A stretch of 62,636 bases of DNA from Thermoplasmata archaeon (GTDB taxonomy: Archaea > Thermoplasmatota > SW-10-69-26 > JACQPN01 > JAJPHT01): contig JAXDQU010000042.1 in assembly GCA_034667685.1 (NCBI GenBank), positions 1-62,636 on the forward strand. Direction: 5' to 3'. The translations under genes were made by a program, and so were the position numbers. Below the pieces are notes generated by a model that searched no databases, was not told where the DNA came from, and saw nothing but the letters and a program-made list of their open reading frames with translations. This document shows, in pieces, positions 28,662 through 37,675 of the stretch (position 1 is its first letter; each line of letters begins with the position of its first letter).

Positions 28662-29105
28662 ATGCGTTGTGCGCCATTGATTCTCGTGGCATGCCTCGCC
28701 GCGGTGACGATCCTGCTGCCTGCCGGCAGTGGCGCCTCGACGCCGTCCAAGCCACTTTTCGTTGTGGCGATCGCGAACCCGGCGGGCGCTCTCATCTCGT
28801 GGATCCCAGGCCCCGAGCAGCCTGACGGCTACGTGATCTACGGGGAGGGGAGCAGTGGGCTCATCGCGCTGGAAACCGTGTCGGGGAATCAGATGCAGAC
28901 GGCTGTCTCCGAGTTCTATCCCGCCTACGCCGTCGCCTCGATCCAGGATGGGGTCGCGTCGCCCGCGACGGTGGGCGTGAGCGTTGTCGAGAACTGCCTG
29001 ACCATCGAATGGACCCCGCCGCCCCCCGCCATTGGCTGGGGCGACTGCCCGAGCGACGCAGGGGACCTACCCGTGCGCACGGCTGTCTGGGTTGGCCTGC
29101 CATAG
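28662..29105 (+). CDS. Small secreted FN3-like protein
   Basis: Signal peptide MRCAPLILVACLAAV; LISWIPG..GYVIYG..YAVAS. Confidence 0.7.
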   Translation: MRCAPLILVACLAAVTILLPAGSGASTPSKPLFVVAIANPAGALISWIPGPEQPDGYVIYGEGSSGLIALETVSGNQMQTAVSEFYPAYAVASIQDGVASPATVGVSVVENCLTIEWTPPPPAIGWGDCPSDAGDLPVRTAVWVGLP

Positions 29106-29234
29106 TCCTCCGGATTGGCTCGCTCCCTGTGCCATGACTCCTGTTTGCGTGCAATGGCCAACTCTCTGGCATTCGATCGGGCCTGCCTCGTACGAGTGGG
29201 CGCGTACTACGTTGCAAGGCTCTGCAAGCTGCAC

Positions 29235-29693
29235 TCAAGAGTTCAGGTCGCGGCGATCGGGATGATCCACGTCGATGTGAAAGTCCCCGACGATGGCGCC
29301 CTTTGTGTTAAAGAAGGCTACGACGATAGTATTGCCGGTCGGGTTGGGTTCGACCGGCGTCTGGAACTCGCCCACGAGCTCGGGCGGGTCGCCCGGCTCG
29401 TGCGTCATGACCTGGACGTAGTAGTGCGCGGTGACGTTGGGCAACGTGCGCAGCGCAAACTCTCCTGGCCGGAGGGTGAAATTGTCGGTGAAGAAGTACC
29501 AGACGTAAGGCGTCTGGTTCGTCTGGTTAACATAGTCCCCTACGCGGGCGGTGAAGTTCACGCTGGTGTTTCTCATCATGTTCCAGACGAACAATGGCCT
29601 GGCCACGGGCGCGACGGGAATGCTGGTCTCGGAGGCTCTTGATGCACAGCCGGCCAGAAGGACGATCAGGACTAAGATTGCAGCGATTCTCAA
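29235..29693 (-). CDS. Lipoprotein
   Basis: LLAGC lipobox; beta-rich with sequons. Confidence 0.75.
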   Translation of the reverse strand: MRIAAILVLIVLLAGCASRASETSIPVAPVARPLFVWNMMRNTSVNFTARVGDYVNQTNQTPYVWYFFTDNFTLRPGEFALRTLPNVTAHYYVQVMTHEPGDPPELVGEFQTPVEPNPTGNTIVVAFFNTKGAIVGDFHIDVDHPDRRDLNS

Positions 29694-29942
29694 GGGGCCC
29701 GACGCTGACAGAGCGTCGTGGCGGATAAATCCGACCTGCGGTAACGCGGAACCTTCTTCGGTCAGACCTCGGCTTGTGATGACGAAGCTCTATTTTCCTG
29801 CGCAGCCGGGCCTGCCGTCACCGGTGCCTCCTCGATCTCGATGACGCTGCCTCTTTGATCCATGCGACTGGCCCATCCGTGCCGGTGTTGGTCAGGAACG
29901 TGTGCAAGAACCTTTTTTATTGGAGCTTTCATGTGAAACCGC

Positions 29943-30165
29943 ATGGCAGCGAGGAAGAGACGGCGTCCTGAGCGCCGTTGCTCGTGGCGCGCAGGACAGC
30001 AAGACGATCGCACGGCTCGCGCGCATCCCCCGCACGCACGTGCACCCGCTGCTCAACCGCTTTCGGGCGCGCGGGCAGATCTCGGGCTTCATCGGAGACC
30101 TGCGCATCAAGCGCTCGGCGGGAAAGTCGGCGTCCCCTAGCCGATCCTCCCCGCCACGACACTGA
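29943..30165 (+). pseudogene. Frameshifted copy of small wHTH gene 35259-35468
   Basis: ATGGCAGCGAGGAAGA, then a 35-nt deletion, then VLSAVARGAQDSKTIARLARIPRTHVHPLLNR in another frame. Confidence 0.85.
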
Positions 30166-30508
30166 CGGCTACCGCCGCCAAGGCGACGAGGCCAGCGCTT
30201 GCGTACCACGCGAAGCGACGCCAGGCAGGCGGAATCAGGCCCGGCACCAACTGGACCTGCCTCAACAAGCCCTTGGTTTCGCTCCAGATCACCGCTACCG
30301 ATTCTTCGTCGCTTCGCTCAATGACCCTGGGCATCCGTCCGCGGAAGAGCGTCCCACCCAAGACCGTCACGACGAAGCTGATCGTGACGATGAGGAAAAC
30401 GAACGGGAGCATCGTGCCGAATGCGCTCGTGATCGCGCCTTGGAGCGCGGTTGCGTTGTCCACCGGGCTCGATGTGGCCTGGACCGACGCGAAAACCAGG
30501 ATGGTCAC
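30137..30508 (-). CDS. 2-TM protein with N-terminal segment resembling the putative coat protein
   Basis: GTGA overlap with SPFH gene; VDNATALQGAITSAFGTMLPFVFLIVTISFVVTVLG. Confidence 0.7.
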   Translation of the reverse strand: MTILVFASVQATSSPVDNATALQGAITSAFGTMLPFVFLIVTISFVVTVLGGTLFRGRMPRVIERSDEESVAVIWSETKGLLRQVQLVPGLIPPAWRRFAWYASAGLVALAAVAVSVVAGRIG

Positions 30509-31371
30509 CCCGTCGTGGTCGTCGGCACATTGACCAGGAGGCTCACGGGGCTCTGGCCGCCGGTGACGGTGGGGAGCTGGCCATTCCACTTCTGGATCTT
30601 GACGAATTCCAAGTAGTTGGGGTCCTGGTGGAGTTGTTCGCCCACGATGCGGGCCGCGTCGGCTTGCGCCTGGGCCAGCGTGACGGTCGCGTTGGCCTGC
30701 GCGCTCGCATTGACCTCGACCTGCTGGGCCTGGTAGCGCACCTGGTCGAGCCGGTTGGCCTCCTCGAGCGCGCGCTGCTGGGCCGTCACTTTCGCCTCGA
30801 TCGAGGCGGTGAACTCGGGACTGAACTGGAAGTCGGTCAAGTCCACGGCCGTGACGATCACGTGGCTTGGGGCGAGGCGGTCGGCGAGGGCGCGTTCGAC
30901 TTCCTGCTGGACCGCCGGGCGTTCGGTGACGAGTTGCTCGGCGCTGAAATGACTCGTCGCATTCTTCAAGATCTGCTGCACAGCAGGCGCGATGAGGACG
31001 CCCACGTAGTCGGGCCCGACATCCTGGTGGAGCTGCGCGACGCTCTCGACGTCGGGAGCGTAGCGGACCGCGATGGTCGTATGAGCGTCCTGGAGGTCGC
31101 TCGATGCCGCGCTTGCCGGCGTCGTGTAGAGCTGCTCGCGGACGTTGTACCGGGTCTTGGTCTCCAGGATCGGGAGCTTGAAGTGGAAGCCTTGGTCGTG
31201 CGTCTGGACTGAGCCGCTCATGCGGTCGAAGGTGACGACGCGCTCGCCGTTGTCGGTGACGTACCAGGAGTCCCATGCGGCGGCGAGGCCTGCGGTCAGG
31301 ACGAGGGCGAAGGCGAGGAAGGTCACGATCTTGCGGGGAGTGATTTCGGGGGATGGCTCACGCTGGGACAT
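30505..31371 (-). CDS. SPFH/prohibitin family protein
   Basis: N-terminal TM; GFHFKLPIL, SSDLQD, FSAEQLVTER, FSPEFTASIEAKVTAQQ, KWNGQLP. Confidence 0.93.
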   Translation of the reverse strand: MSQREPSPEITPRKIVTFLAFALVLTAGLAAAWDSWYVTDNGERVVTFDRMSGSVQTHDQGFHFKLPILETKTRYNVREQLYTTPASAASSDLQDAHTTIAVRYAPDVESVAQLHQDVGPDYVGVLIAPAVQQILKNATSHFSAEQLVTERPAVQQEVERALADRLAPSHVIVTAVDLTDFQFSPEFTASIEAKVTAQQRALEEANRLDQVRYQAQQVEVNASAQANATVTLAQAQADAARIVGEQLHQDPNYLEFVKIQKWNGQLPTVTGGQSPVSLLVNVPTTTTG

Positions 31372-31406
31372 GGTGCATTTTCTCCTTCAGGAAGTGGATT
31401 CGGTGG

Positions 31407-32561
31407 TCAGGCTTCGGCGGGTTCGATTGCGGCTTGCAAGGCGTCGGGCGTGACGAGGAGGCTGATCTCCTTGCTGCGCCCGTAGCGGCCGCGGCTGATG
31501 ATGCGCGCGTGGACAAGCCCGCGCGCGGCGAGCTGGTCGACGAGGTCCGTCACGCGGCGCATCGAGAGCACGTCAAAGCGCTCTTCGCGCGCCAGGCGCC
31601 CGTAGACGCGGTAGACGTCGCCCGTCGTGACGATCATCGCCCCCTCTTGGGGGCGCGTCTGCGAGATGGCGCGCAGGAGCAGGCGCTCTTGGTCTGAGGC
31701 GCTCAGGAAGGCGTCGCGGGCGCGCTGCTTGTCGAGGCGCGCGCACGCTTGCGCGACGTGCTCCTGCATCAAAGCGCTCGCACCGCGCAACGAGACGACG
31801 TCGCTGGCCTCGACGAGAACGTTGAGCGCGTGCCCAGCGTGGCTCGCGCTGGTTCTCGCGATGCTCGCGAGGACGTCGTCGGACGGGATGCTGCGCAGGC
31901 CGATGGCTGCGCGCTCGCGCAGGATCGCCTCGACTTGCCGCGATGCGTAGGTGTCGAGGTGGAGAGCGTGCTGCGCGAGCTGGGCGTGGACAACTTGGCT
32001 CGCGCGGCGTAGGGCGCGCTCGTCGCGCAGCGTGCTCACGATGGTCACGCGCTCGAGGCCGGCCACGTCGTGGAGGGCGTCTTCGCCGGCGCTGGCGAGG
32101 AGCGCGTCGGCGTGGTCGAGCAGGACCACGAGGCGACCCTGGCGCTCCCGGAGGTGGGCGTCGAGGTGCTTATGCACGTCGCGCGTCGGCCAGCCGGTGG
32201 CTGGGACGAGGTCGCTCCAGCCTTCAGTGAGGTGATTCGCCAGTGTTGCAAGGAGGCGATAGTGCGTGTTCACGAGACGGCCATCAACGTGCGCGAAGGT
32301 GAGCGGGATGGCGGCCAGCTCGGCGTTTTCCTTGAGCTTGTGCAAGACGTAGCGAGCCAAGGCGCTCTTGCCGCACCCAGGCGGGCCGTCGATGAGGACG
32401 TTCGGCGGCGCGCCTCCTTGCAAGAGCGGGTAGAGCGCGCCGGCCAGGCGCGAGGTGTCGAGCTCGCGGCCCGGCAGGTCGGCCGGCACGTAGGTGGGCG
32501 AGAAGACGCTGCGATTGGTCAGGAAGGGTTCGCGCTCGCGCAGCGCGCGGAAGGGATCCAT
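31407..32561 (-). CDS. cdc6: Orc1/Cdc6-like protein with degenerate Walker B
   Basis: FSPTYVPADLPGRE, GPPGCGKS, PATGWP, LLDHAD, C-terminal wHTH SRGRYGRSKEI. Confidence 0.9.
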   Translation of the reverse strand: MDPFRALREREPFLTNRSVFSPTYVPADLPGRELDTSRLAGALYPLLQGGAPPNVLIDGPPGCGKSALARYVLHKLKENAELAAIPLTFAHVDGRLVNTHYRLLATLANHLTEGWSDLVPATGWPTRDVHKHLDAHLRERQGRLVVLLDHADALLASAGEDALHDVAGLERVTIVSTLRDERALRRASQVVHAQLAQHALHLDTYASRQVEAILRERAAIGLRSIPSDDVLASIARTSASHAGHALNVLVEASDVVSLRGASALMQEHVAQACARLDKQRARDAFLSASDQERLLLRAISQTRPQEGAMIVTTGDVYRVYGRLAREERFDVLSMRRVTDLVDQLAARGLVHARIISRGRYGRSKEISLLVTPDALQAAIEPAEA

Positions 32562-32620
32562 CGGAGGCTCCCGTTGCAAGCCTGGAGTAGTCGATCATTT
32601 CGCTCCGGCCACTCCGCTCG

Positions 32621-32642
32621 CCTTCGCCGCGCGCGGCGAAGG
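32621..32642. promoter_or_regulatory. Perfect 22-bp palindrome upstream of cdc6
   Basis: ccttcgccgcgcgcggcgaagg equals its own reverse complement. Confidence 0.55.
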
Positions 32643-32699
32643 AGGCCACACTGGCCGCGTCGATTCGTTCAAATCCTCGCGGAAGGCTGGGCGGAGTCG

Positions 32700-32816
32700 A
32701 TGCCCCGATTGAAGAAGGGGGGCAAGTTTCCCAGCGTGACGATCGAGGGCCACTCGGATGCTCGCTTCGAGCTCATCGAGGGCAAGATCGTCCGCGTCCC
32801 CCGCAAAGACGCGTAG
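32700..32816 (+). CDS. 38-aa ORF, possible Uma2-nuclease N-terminal fragment
   Basis: RFELIEGKIV resembles the R.ELIDG motif. Confidence 0.3.
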   Translation: MPRLKKGGKFPSVTIEGHSDARFELIEGKIVRVPRKDA

Positions 32817-32864
32817 TTATCGAATCCGACGCCTTTTTCTTGCTCCTCCGCGCTCGCGGCGCTA

Positions 32865-33089
32865 ATGCCCGCCAAAAAGAAGCTAGGCCGCCCCGCTGCG
32901 AAAGGTCCCACGCGCGTGCTGCGCGCCATCGGGGCGGGCGCCACGACGCCGCGAGAGGCCGCCGCGAAGGCGCGCGTGAAGCCCACCAGCGCTGCCGTCT
33001 ACATCTACCGCTTCCGCAAGGCGAAGCTCGTCGTAGGCAAGAGCGGCGCGATGCGGCTGACCGCGAAGGGTCGGGTTGAGGCTCGTTAG
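32865..33089 (+). CDS. Small basic AT-hook-like + wHTH protein
   Basis: KKKLGRP; RVLRAIGAGATTPREAA..YIYRFRKAKLV..RLTAKG. Confidence 0.75.
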   Translation: MPAKKKLGRPAAKGPTRVLRAIGAGATTPREAAAKARVKPTSAAVYIYRFRKAKLVVGKSGAMRLTAKGRVEAR

Positions 33090-33137
33090 CTGCCGTTTTC
33101 CCGACAAGAGCGTGAGGATAACGTTCTTCCGACTCCT

Positions 33138-34997
33138 ATGGGTGTCCGCCTCGTGCGTCTCCCCGTCGTCCTGCTTGGCCTCCTGCTGGCCCTGCCCGTG
33201 CTGTCGGCCACGCCCGCGGACCCCGGCCCCTTTTGCACGCTTCCGAGCTGCGTGAGGTGGTCAACGGTCCTCGATGGGCCTGCTCACAGCGGGGACTGGT
33301 ACGGGAAGACGATTCCGTCCCACGACGGTGCCCACCTCTACGCGATCGTGTCGAGTCAGGATGCGAACCACATCGAGCACGAATGGACACAGGCGTTCGA
33401 TTCCGCCTCGGGCCGCTCCCTCTGGAGCTCACTCAACCAGAGCCCAGAAAGATCCTACGGCATCGCGCTGGCCGAAGCGCCTGACGGCACAGCCGTGTAC
33501 TCGGTGGGCCACGCTTGGACGAGCGACGCCAATGCGTACTCGATCATTACGCGGGCGCGCGATGCGGCCTCGGGCCGGGAACTTTGGGCGGAGCAGTTCG
33601 ACACCGCCAACATCCCCAGCGCGCCTTTTGGCTCCTGGGACGTCTCGAACGGCGTTGCCGTCTCGCCCACTGGCGACCGCGTGTTCGTCCTAGGCCAACG
33701 CCTGCCTGACCAGACCAACACGAAGGCTGCCACGATTCTCTTGGCGTACGATGCTCTCAGGGGTACTCCAGTCTGGTCCACGGTGTTGGATTCCATGGGC
33801 ACCGGCGCGGCATCGTTCTTGGCGCTGACGCCGGATGGCTCGCGCCTCCTGGTCGCGACGTCCAACGACTCCGGCACGGCCTCCGACTTCCTCACCCTCG
33901 CCTTCGACACCTTCAACGGGACCGTGCTCTGGCAGTCCGCATACGACGGGCCCGCCCACTTCTACGACGCTCCCCAGGCCATGACGCTGAGCCCTGATGG
34001 GAACCTTGCGTTCGTGGTGGGTCGCGCCACGGACGGGTATCGGTCGGAGGAATCGTGGAACACGAGCATGGCCATCATCGCCTACGACGTCGCGACAGGG
34101 AACGCCTTGTGGACCACACGATACCGTGACGCTGGCGATCTCAACGCCGAGGCCGCTGCAGCGGCCCTCTCCCCGGATGGTTCCACGCTCTACGTCACGG
34201 GCTGGAGCGGAACGATCTGGCCCGGCGTCCCGCCAGCGATGCGGCTCGAAGCCGTCGCCCTCAACGCCACCACCGGCGAGCATGGTTGGTCCTACGCGGC
34301 CAACGGAACGTGCTGGGGCTGCACCGGCTGGGCCGTCGCGAGCTCGCCCGACGGTTCGCGCGTCGCAATCGTCGGAGAGACCGGCAACACACTGGGCGAC
34401 CAGGGGAGCGTCGCGGTCCTTCGGCCATCCGACGGGCACGAGGTCTGGAACTCCAGCGCCGTGGGGCTCGTGGGCTTCACCGCGGACGCTTTCTTCGCGC
34501 CCGACTCCTCGGGCCTCATCGTGGCCGGCTCGACATTCTCCTCCGGCTCCTCCTTGGATGCCACGGTGGCGCGCTTCGTGGATGCGCCGTTTGGCCCCTT
34601 GGTCACGCCCCGCACGCAGAGCGCACGGATCGGCCTCTTGCAGGCGGCCGCCTATCACGTCCGCGTGCAGAACGCGGGCAAGATGGCCGACACCTTCAGC
34701 TTCGAGCTCGGCGGCGTGAGCCGTGGCTGGAGCGCCACGCTCACTGACGAAACCACCGGGGAGCCCCTGAGCAGCCGAACGCTCGACACGGGACAATCAA
34801 TCGAGGCCGTCCTTACCGTTAGTCCGACGTTCCCGCTTCCTGAAGAGAAGACGAGTTGGGCCAACGTGACCGTGACGAGCGAGGGCAACGCGTCGCAATG
34901 GGACGCGGTCTACACCCAGACCAGCTTCGACCCCACCGTCCTGCCATCGCCGCCATCTGCGAGTCCGCTCGCAGCGGGCTTCGGCTTTCCTTCGTAA
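33138..34997 (+). CDS. Secreted PQQ-like beta-propeller with C-terminal Ig-like domain
   Basis: Repeats of SPDG..V.V.G and AYD..TG..LW; VQNAGKMADTF. Confidence 0.88.
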   Translation: MGVRLVRLPVVLLGLLLALPVLSATPADPGPFCTLPSCVRWSTVLDGPAHSGDWYGKTIPSHDGAHLYAIVSSQDANHIEHEWTQAFDSASGRSLWSSLNQSPERSYGIALAEAPDGTAVYSVGHAWTSDANAYSIITRARDAASGRELWAEQFDTANIPSAPFGSWDVSNGVAVSPTGDRVFVLGQRLPDQTNTKAATILLAYDALRGTPVWSTVLDSMGTGAASFLALTPDGSRLLVATSNDSGTASDFLTLAFDTFNGTVLWQSAYDGPAHFYDAPQAMTLSPDGNLAFVVGRATDGYRSEESWNTSMAIIAYDVATGNALWTTRYRDAGDLNAEAAAAALSPDGSTLYVTGWSGTIWPGVPPAMRLEAVALNATTGEHGWSYAANGTCWGCTGWAVASSPDGSRVAIVGETGNTLGDQGSVAVLRPSDGHEVWNSSAVGLVGFTADAFFAPDSSGLIVAGSTFSSGSSLDATVARFVDAPFGPLVTPRTQSARIGLLQAAAYHVRVQNAGKMADTFSFELGGVSRGWSATLTDETTGEPLSSRTLDTGQSIEAVLTVSPTFPLPEEKTSWANVTVTSEGNASQWDAVYTQTSFDPTVLPSPPSASPLAAGFGFPS

Positions 34998-35258
34998 GAG
35001 TTTCGCGCACTTGACGACTACGCAATGGCCCACGGAGGCGGCCCCGTTGTCCGATTTACAGCGCGGCGCTCGGAGGGCAAATGCCATCTTGGACGGCTTC
35101 GGTTTTGTAATCGCAGCGGCTTGTGTGAGTCGCCCCTTTTCCCTTTGTTGGGAGCTTGGGCATGGGGCCGCTGAGCACAAGCTTCCCCAAAGCATCCAGC
35201 GGCCCCTCTGACTTACCCCAGTCGGGGCGATCCACCGCGCCGAGCGCGCGTAGCGTCT

Positions 35259-35468
35259 TCACGCCTTGATGCGCAGCTCGCCGATGAAGCCCGTGATCCG
35301 GCCGCGTGCCCGAAGTCGGTTGAGCAGGGGGTGGACGTGCGTGCGGGGGATGCGCGCAAGTCGGGCGATCGTCTTGCTGTCCTGGGCGCCGCGCTTGACC
35401 GCGCTCAGGACGCGGTCGGTTTGCGTCATGGGGGGCCTGCCGGGTCCTCGTTTCTTCCTCGCTGCCAT
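35259..35468 (-). CDS. Small basic AT-hook-like + wHTH protein
   Basis: RKKRGPGRPP; IARLARIPRTHVHPLLNRLRARG resembles the TrmB-type HTH. Confidence 0.8.
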   Translation of the reverse strand: MAARKKRGPGRPPMTQTDRVLSAVKRGAQDSKTIARLARIPRTHVHPLLNRLRARGRITGFIGELRIKA

Positions 35469-35522
35469 GAGCTCCAAGAGTAGGGCTAAGGTGTCATGCC
35501 GGAGGCTTGGACCTGTGACGGG

Positions 35523-35996
35523 TTAGGGTTTGGATAGGTCGAAGACGCCTGTGCCGGTGCCCGAGCCGTGGAACGTGACGCTCCAGTTGCCCGGCATGAG
35601 GGAAGCGTCGTTCATCTCTGCAAAGTTCTGGCAGTGCGGCGCGCCCGTCTGAAGCTGGGATGACGAAGCGCTGGTTGTGACGACCTTCCCGTCTGGTCCG
35701 ACGATCTTAATGCTGAACGAGCCCGAGCAAACAGGCGCGCCGCTTGGGCCATCCACGTAGGCCTTCAGGTTCAGCGGCCCCCAGCTCGCGTAAATCGTGA
35801 GGTTGCGCGTCTCGTCGGTGCCTCCAGAGAAGTCGTGCGTCAGGTGGAGGGGACTGAAGCCGGGCTCGCCCGGCTTGCCTGATGCAGCCTGCCCGAAGGA
35901 CTGGTTCGCGCTCGTGTTCGAGTACGACACAGAGGTGTGGTTCTGGGTGCAGCCTGCCAGGAGTAACGCAGCCAGGATGAGAAGCCCAAGGCGCAT
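35523..35996 (-). CDS. Lipoprotein (beta-sandwich)
   Basis: MRLGLLILAALLLAGC; IVGPDG..PGNWSVTF. Confidence 0.8.
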   Translation of the reverse strand: MRLGLLILAALLLAGCTQNHTSVSYSNTSANQSFGQAASGKPGEPGFSPLHLTHDFSGGTDETRNLTIYASWGPLNLKAYVDGPSGAPVCSGSFSIKIVGPDGKVVTTSASSSQLQTGAPHCQNFAEMNDASLMPGNWSVTFHGSGTGTGVFDLSKP

Positions 35997-36144
35997 GGCC
36001 GACTCAATCCATCGGGCATTATCTCGGTTTCGGGGCAATCGGGGCGCGCGTCCGATTTTGCGAGAATATCTCCACGCCCTCTCGGGATTCTCGTGCACGG
36101 TTACAGGAGAAGCTTCATACGCGGCTTGGGCGTCGCCCGCGCCG

Positions 36145-37185
36145 ATGCGTGCCTTCGTCCTCCTGGCCGTGCTGGCCCTTTTCCTCGTGCCCGCGGCGGG
36201 TGCCGATCCCGTCGAAGCCCAGACCAACCAAAAGAACTCCTCTTGCCACCACGAGGCGAACGACACGCAATCGGGGGGTTGGACGGGCAATGGCACCTAC
36301 GCGGGCGAAGAGAATTTCCACTACTCCAACGGGTGCCAGACCCACACGACCATCGCGCAAGTCGACGTCCTGGACGGCAGCGTCTCGGTGGGCGCCTACA
36401 ACGACACCTCGAACCAGTCGAACAACGACGCCACCGTGCCATTCTCGTTCGTGATGAACAACGACACGAACACCTCGATGAGCAACAATACGTTCGAACA
36501 GCAGCAGTCCTCCTCGGCCTTGACGACGACCTCCCTGCGAGCTCAGGCGGCCGGCAACACGATGGGCGTCTCGCGGACGTGCGGCCGGACGCAGCAGACG
36601 ACGTACACGGGAGAAAGCAGCGGCCAGTCTGACGGCCCGAATTGGAGCAACAACCAGACCGGCGAGCACCACGGCACCAGCACCAACGGATGCGCGAACA
36701 CGCTCTCCGCTTCGTTTGCCGGCGAGTCCACCAGCGCGACGTGGTTCGATGGGTGTTACGGCACGCAATCGTACGCGGAGCGGGATGACTGGAGCAGCGC
36801 GGGCTCGGACGGCTGGATCCTCCACCGCCAGCTCGGAAGCACCGACGCGTCGCAATGTGGGGACTTCTTCGACACGGACGGACCCGCCGGCGCTCAGCAC
36901 GCTGACGAATCCACCACCTGCACGCAGCAGCAGCAAGCCGACACCATGAATCCCTCGAATGGCAACAGCACCGGCACCTCGGGCTATTCGTACACGTGCG
37001 ACGAGGGACCCACGGTGCAGGCTCTTGGGATCACGTTCGGCATCGCGTACCGAAGCGTCTTCACGCAGGAGTGCGACATCGGCACCTACCACTGCGACCA
37101 GGGCGGCGGCCCAGGGATTCCCTACGAGATCGCGTGGCCCGACTCGCCCGCGGGTCCCGTCGACCAGGAAGGCGTCCTCCCGTAA
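36145..37185 (+). CDS. Secreted Ser/Thr/Gln/Asn-rich, Cys-containing protein
   Basis: Signal peptide MRAFVLLAVLALFLVPAAGA; spaced Cys pairs; polar beta-strands. Confidence 0.78.
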   Translation: MRAFVLLAVLALFLVPAAGADPVEAQTNQKNSSCHHEANDTQSGGWTGNGTYAGEENFHYSNGCQTHTTIAQVDVLDGSVSVGAYNDTSNQSNNDATVPFSFVMNNDTNTSMSNNTFEQQQSSSALTTTSLRAQAAGNTMGVSRTCGRTQQTTYTGESSGQSDGPNWSNNQTGEHHGTSTNGCANTLSASFAGESTSATWFDGCYGTQSYAERDDWSSAGSDGWILHRQLGSTDASQCGDFFDTDGPAGAQHADESTTCTQQQQADTMNPSNGNSTGTSGYSYTCDEGPTVQALGITFGIAYRSVFTQECDIGTYHCDQGGGPGIPYEIAWPDSPAGPVDQEGVLP

Positions 37186-37187
37186 GC

Positions 37188-37225
37188 GCGTGGTCGCCAA
37201 GACCAGGCGTGGTCGCCAAGACCAG
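37188..37225 (+). repeat. Tandem 19-bp duplication (gcgtggtcgccaagaccag x2)
   Basis: Exact repeat; each unit contains the hairpin tggtc-gccaa-gacca. Confidence 0.85.
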
Positions 37226-37675
37226 AGAGGAACGGATTGGCTCCAGCTTCTACGTAGGCCCAACGGCGTCGCGGCTCCCAACCAAGAGGCCCAGAGGCTT
37301 CGATCCGTCCCCAGACGCTCCCGTTGCTGTTCGGAGCAAGTCTTTTCCGCCTCGTCGCCGCAGCTCGCTCAACGGGCAGCGGACGCGGCCGAGGGGATCC
37401 TTCGTCTAAGCAGGCCATCCGAAGCGTTGTGCATCTTGACGCCCGCGGCGGTGGGGAAGAGTTCGGATCGAGTCTGTTAGTCGGAATCGACTCCTTCACG
37501 CAAACGCTCCAAGAAAACTCGCGATCGGAGGCGCAAGCTCAATTCTGCCCCATTCACCATTCATCGTTATCCGATTTGGCTGATTGGAGCCAGAACGTCA
37601 CAACTTTCCTCCTTAACATTTCTGACTTCTGATTCTGTTAGCGTCTCGTTGGATCTGTTCCAACAGGATGCTTGA

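Noticed and set aside
32560-32700. Chromosomal replication origin next to cdc6
   Set aside because: No ORB-like repeats or AT-rich unwinding element; the spacer is short.
37188-37225. CRISPR array
   Set aside because: Two abutting units with no spacer and no cas genes; no array was seen anywhere in the window.
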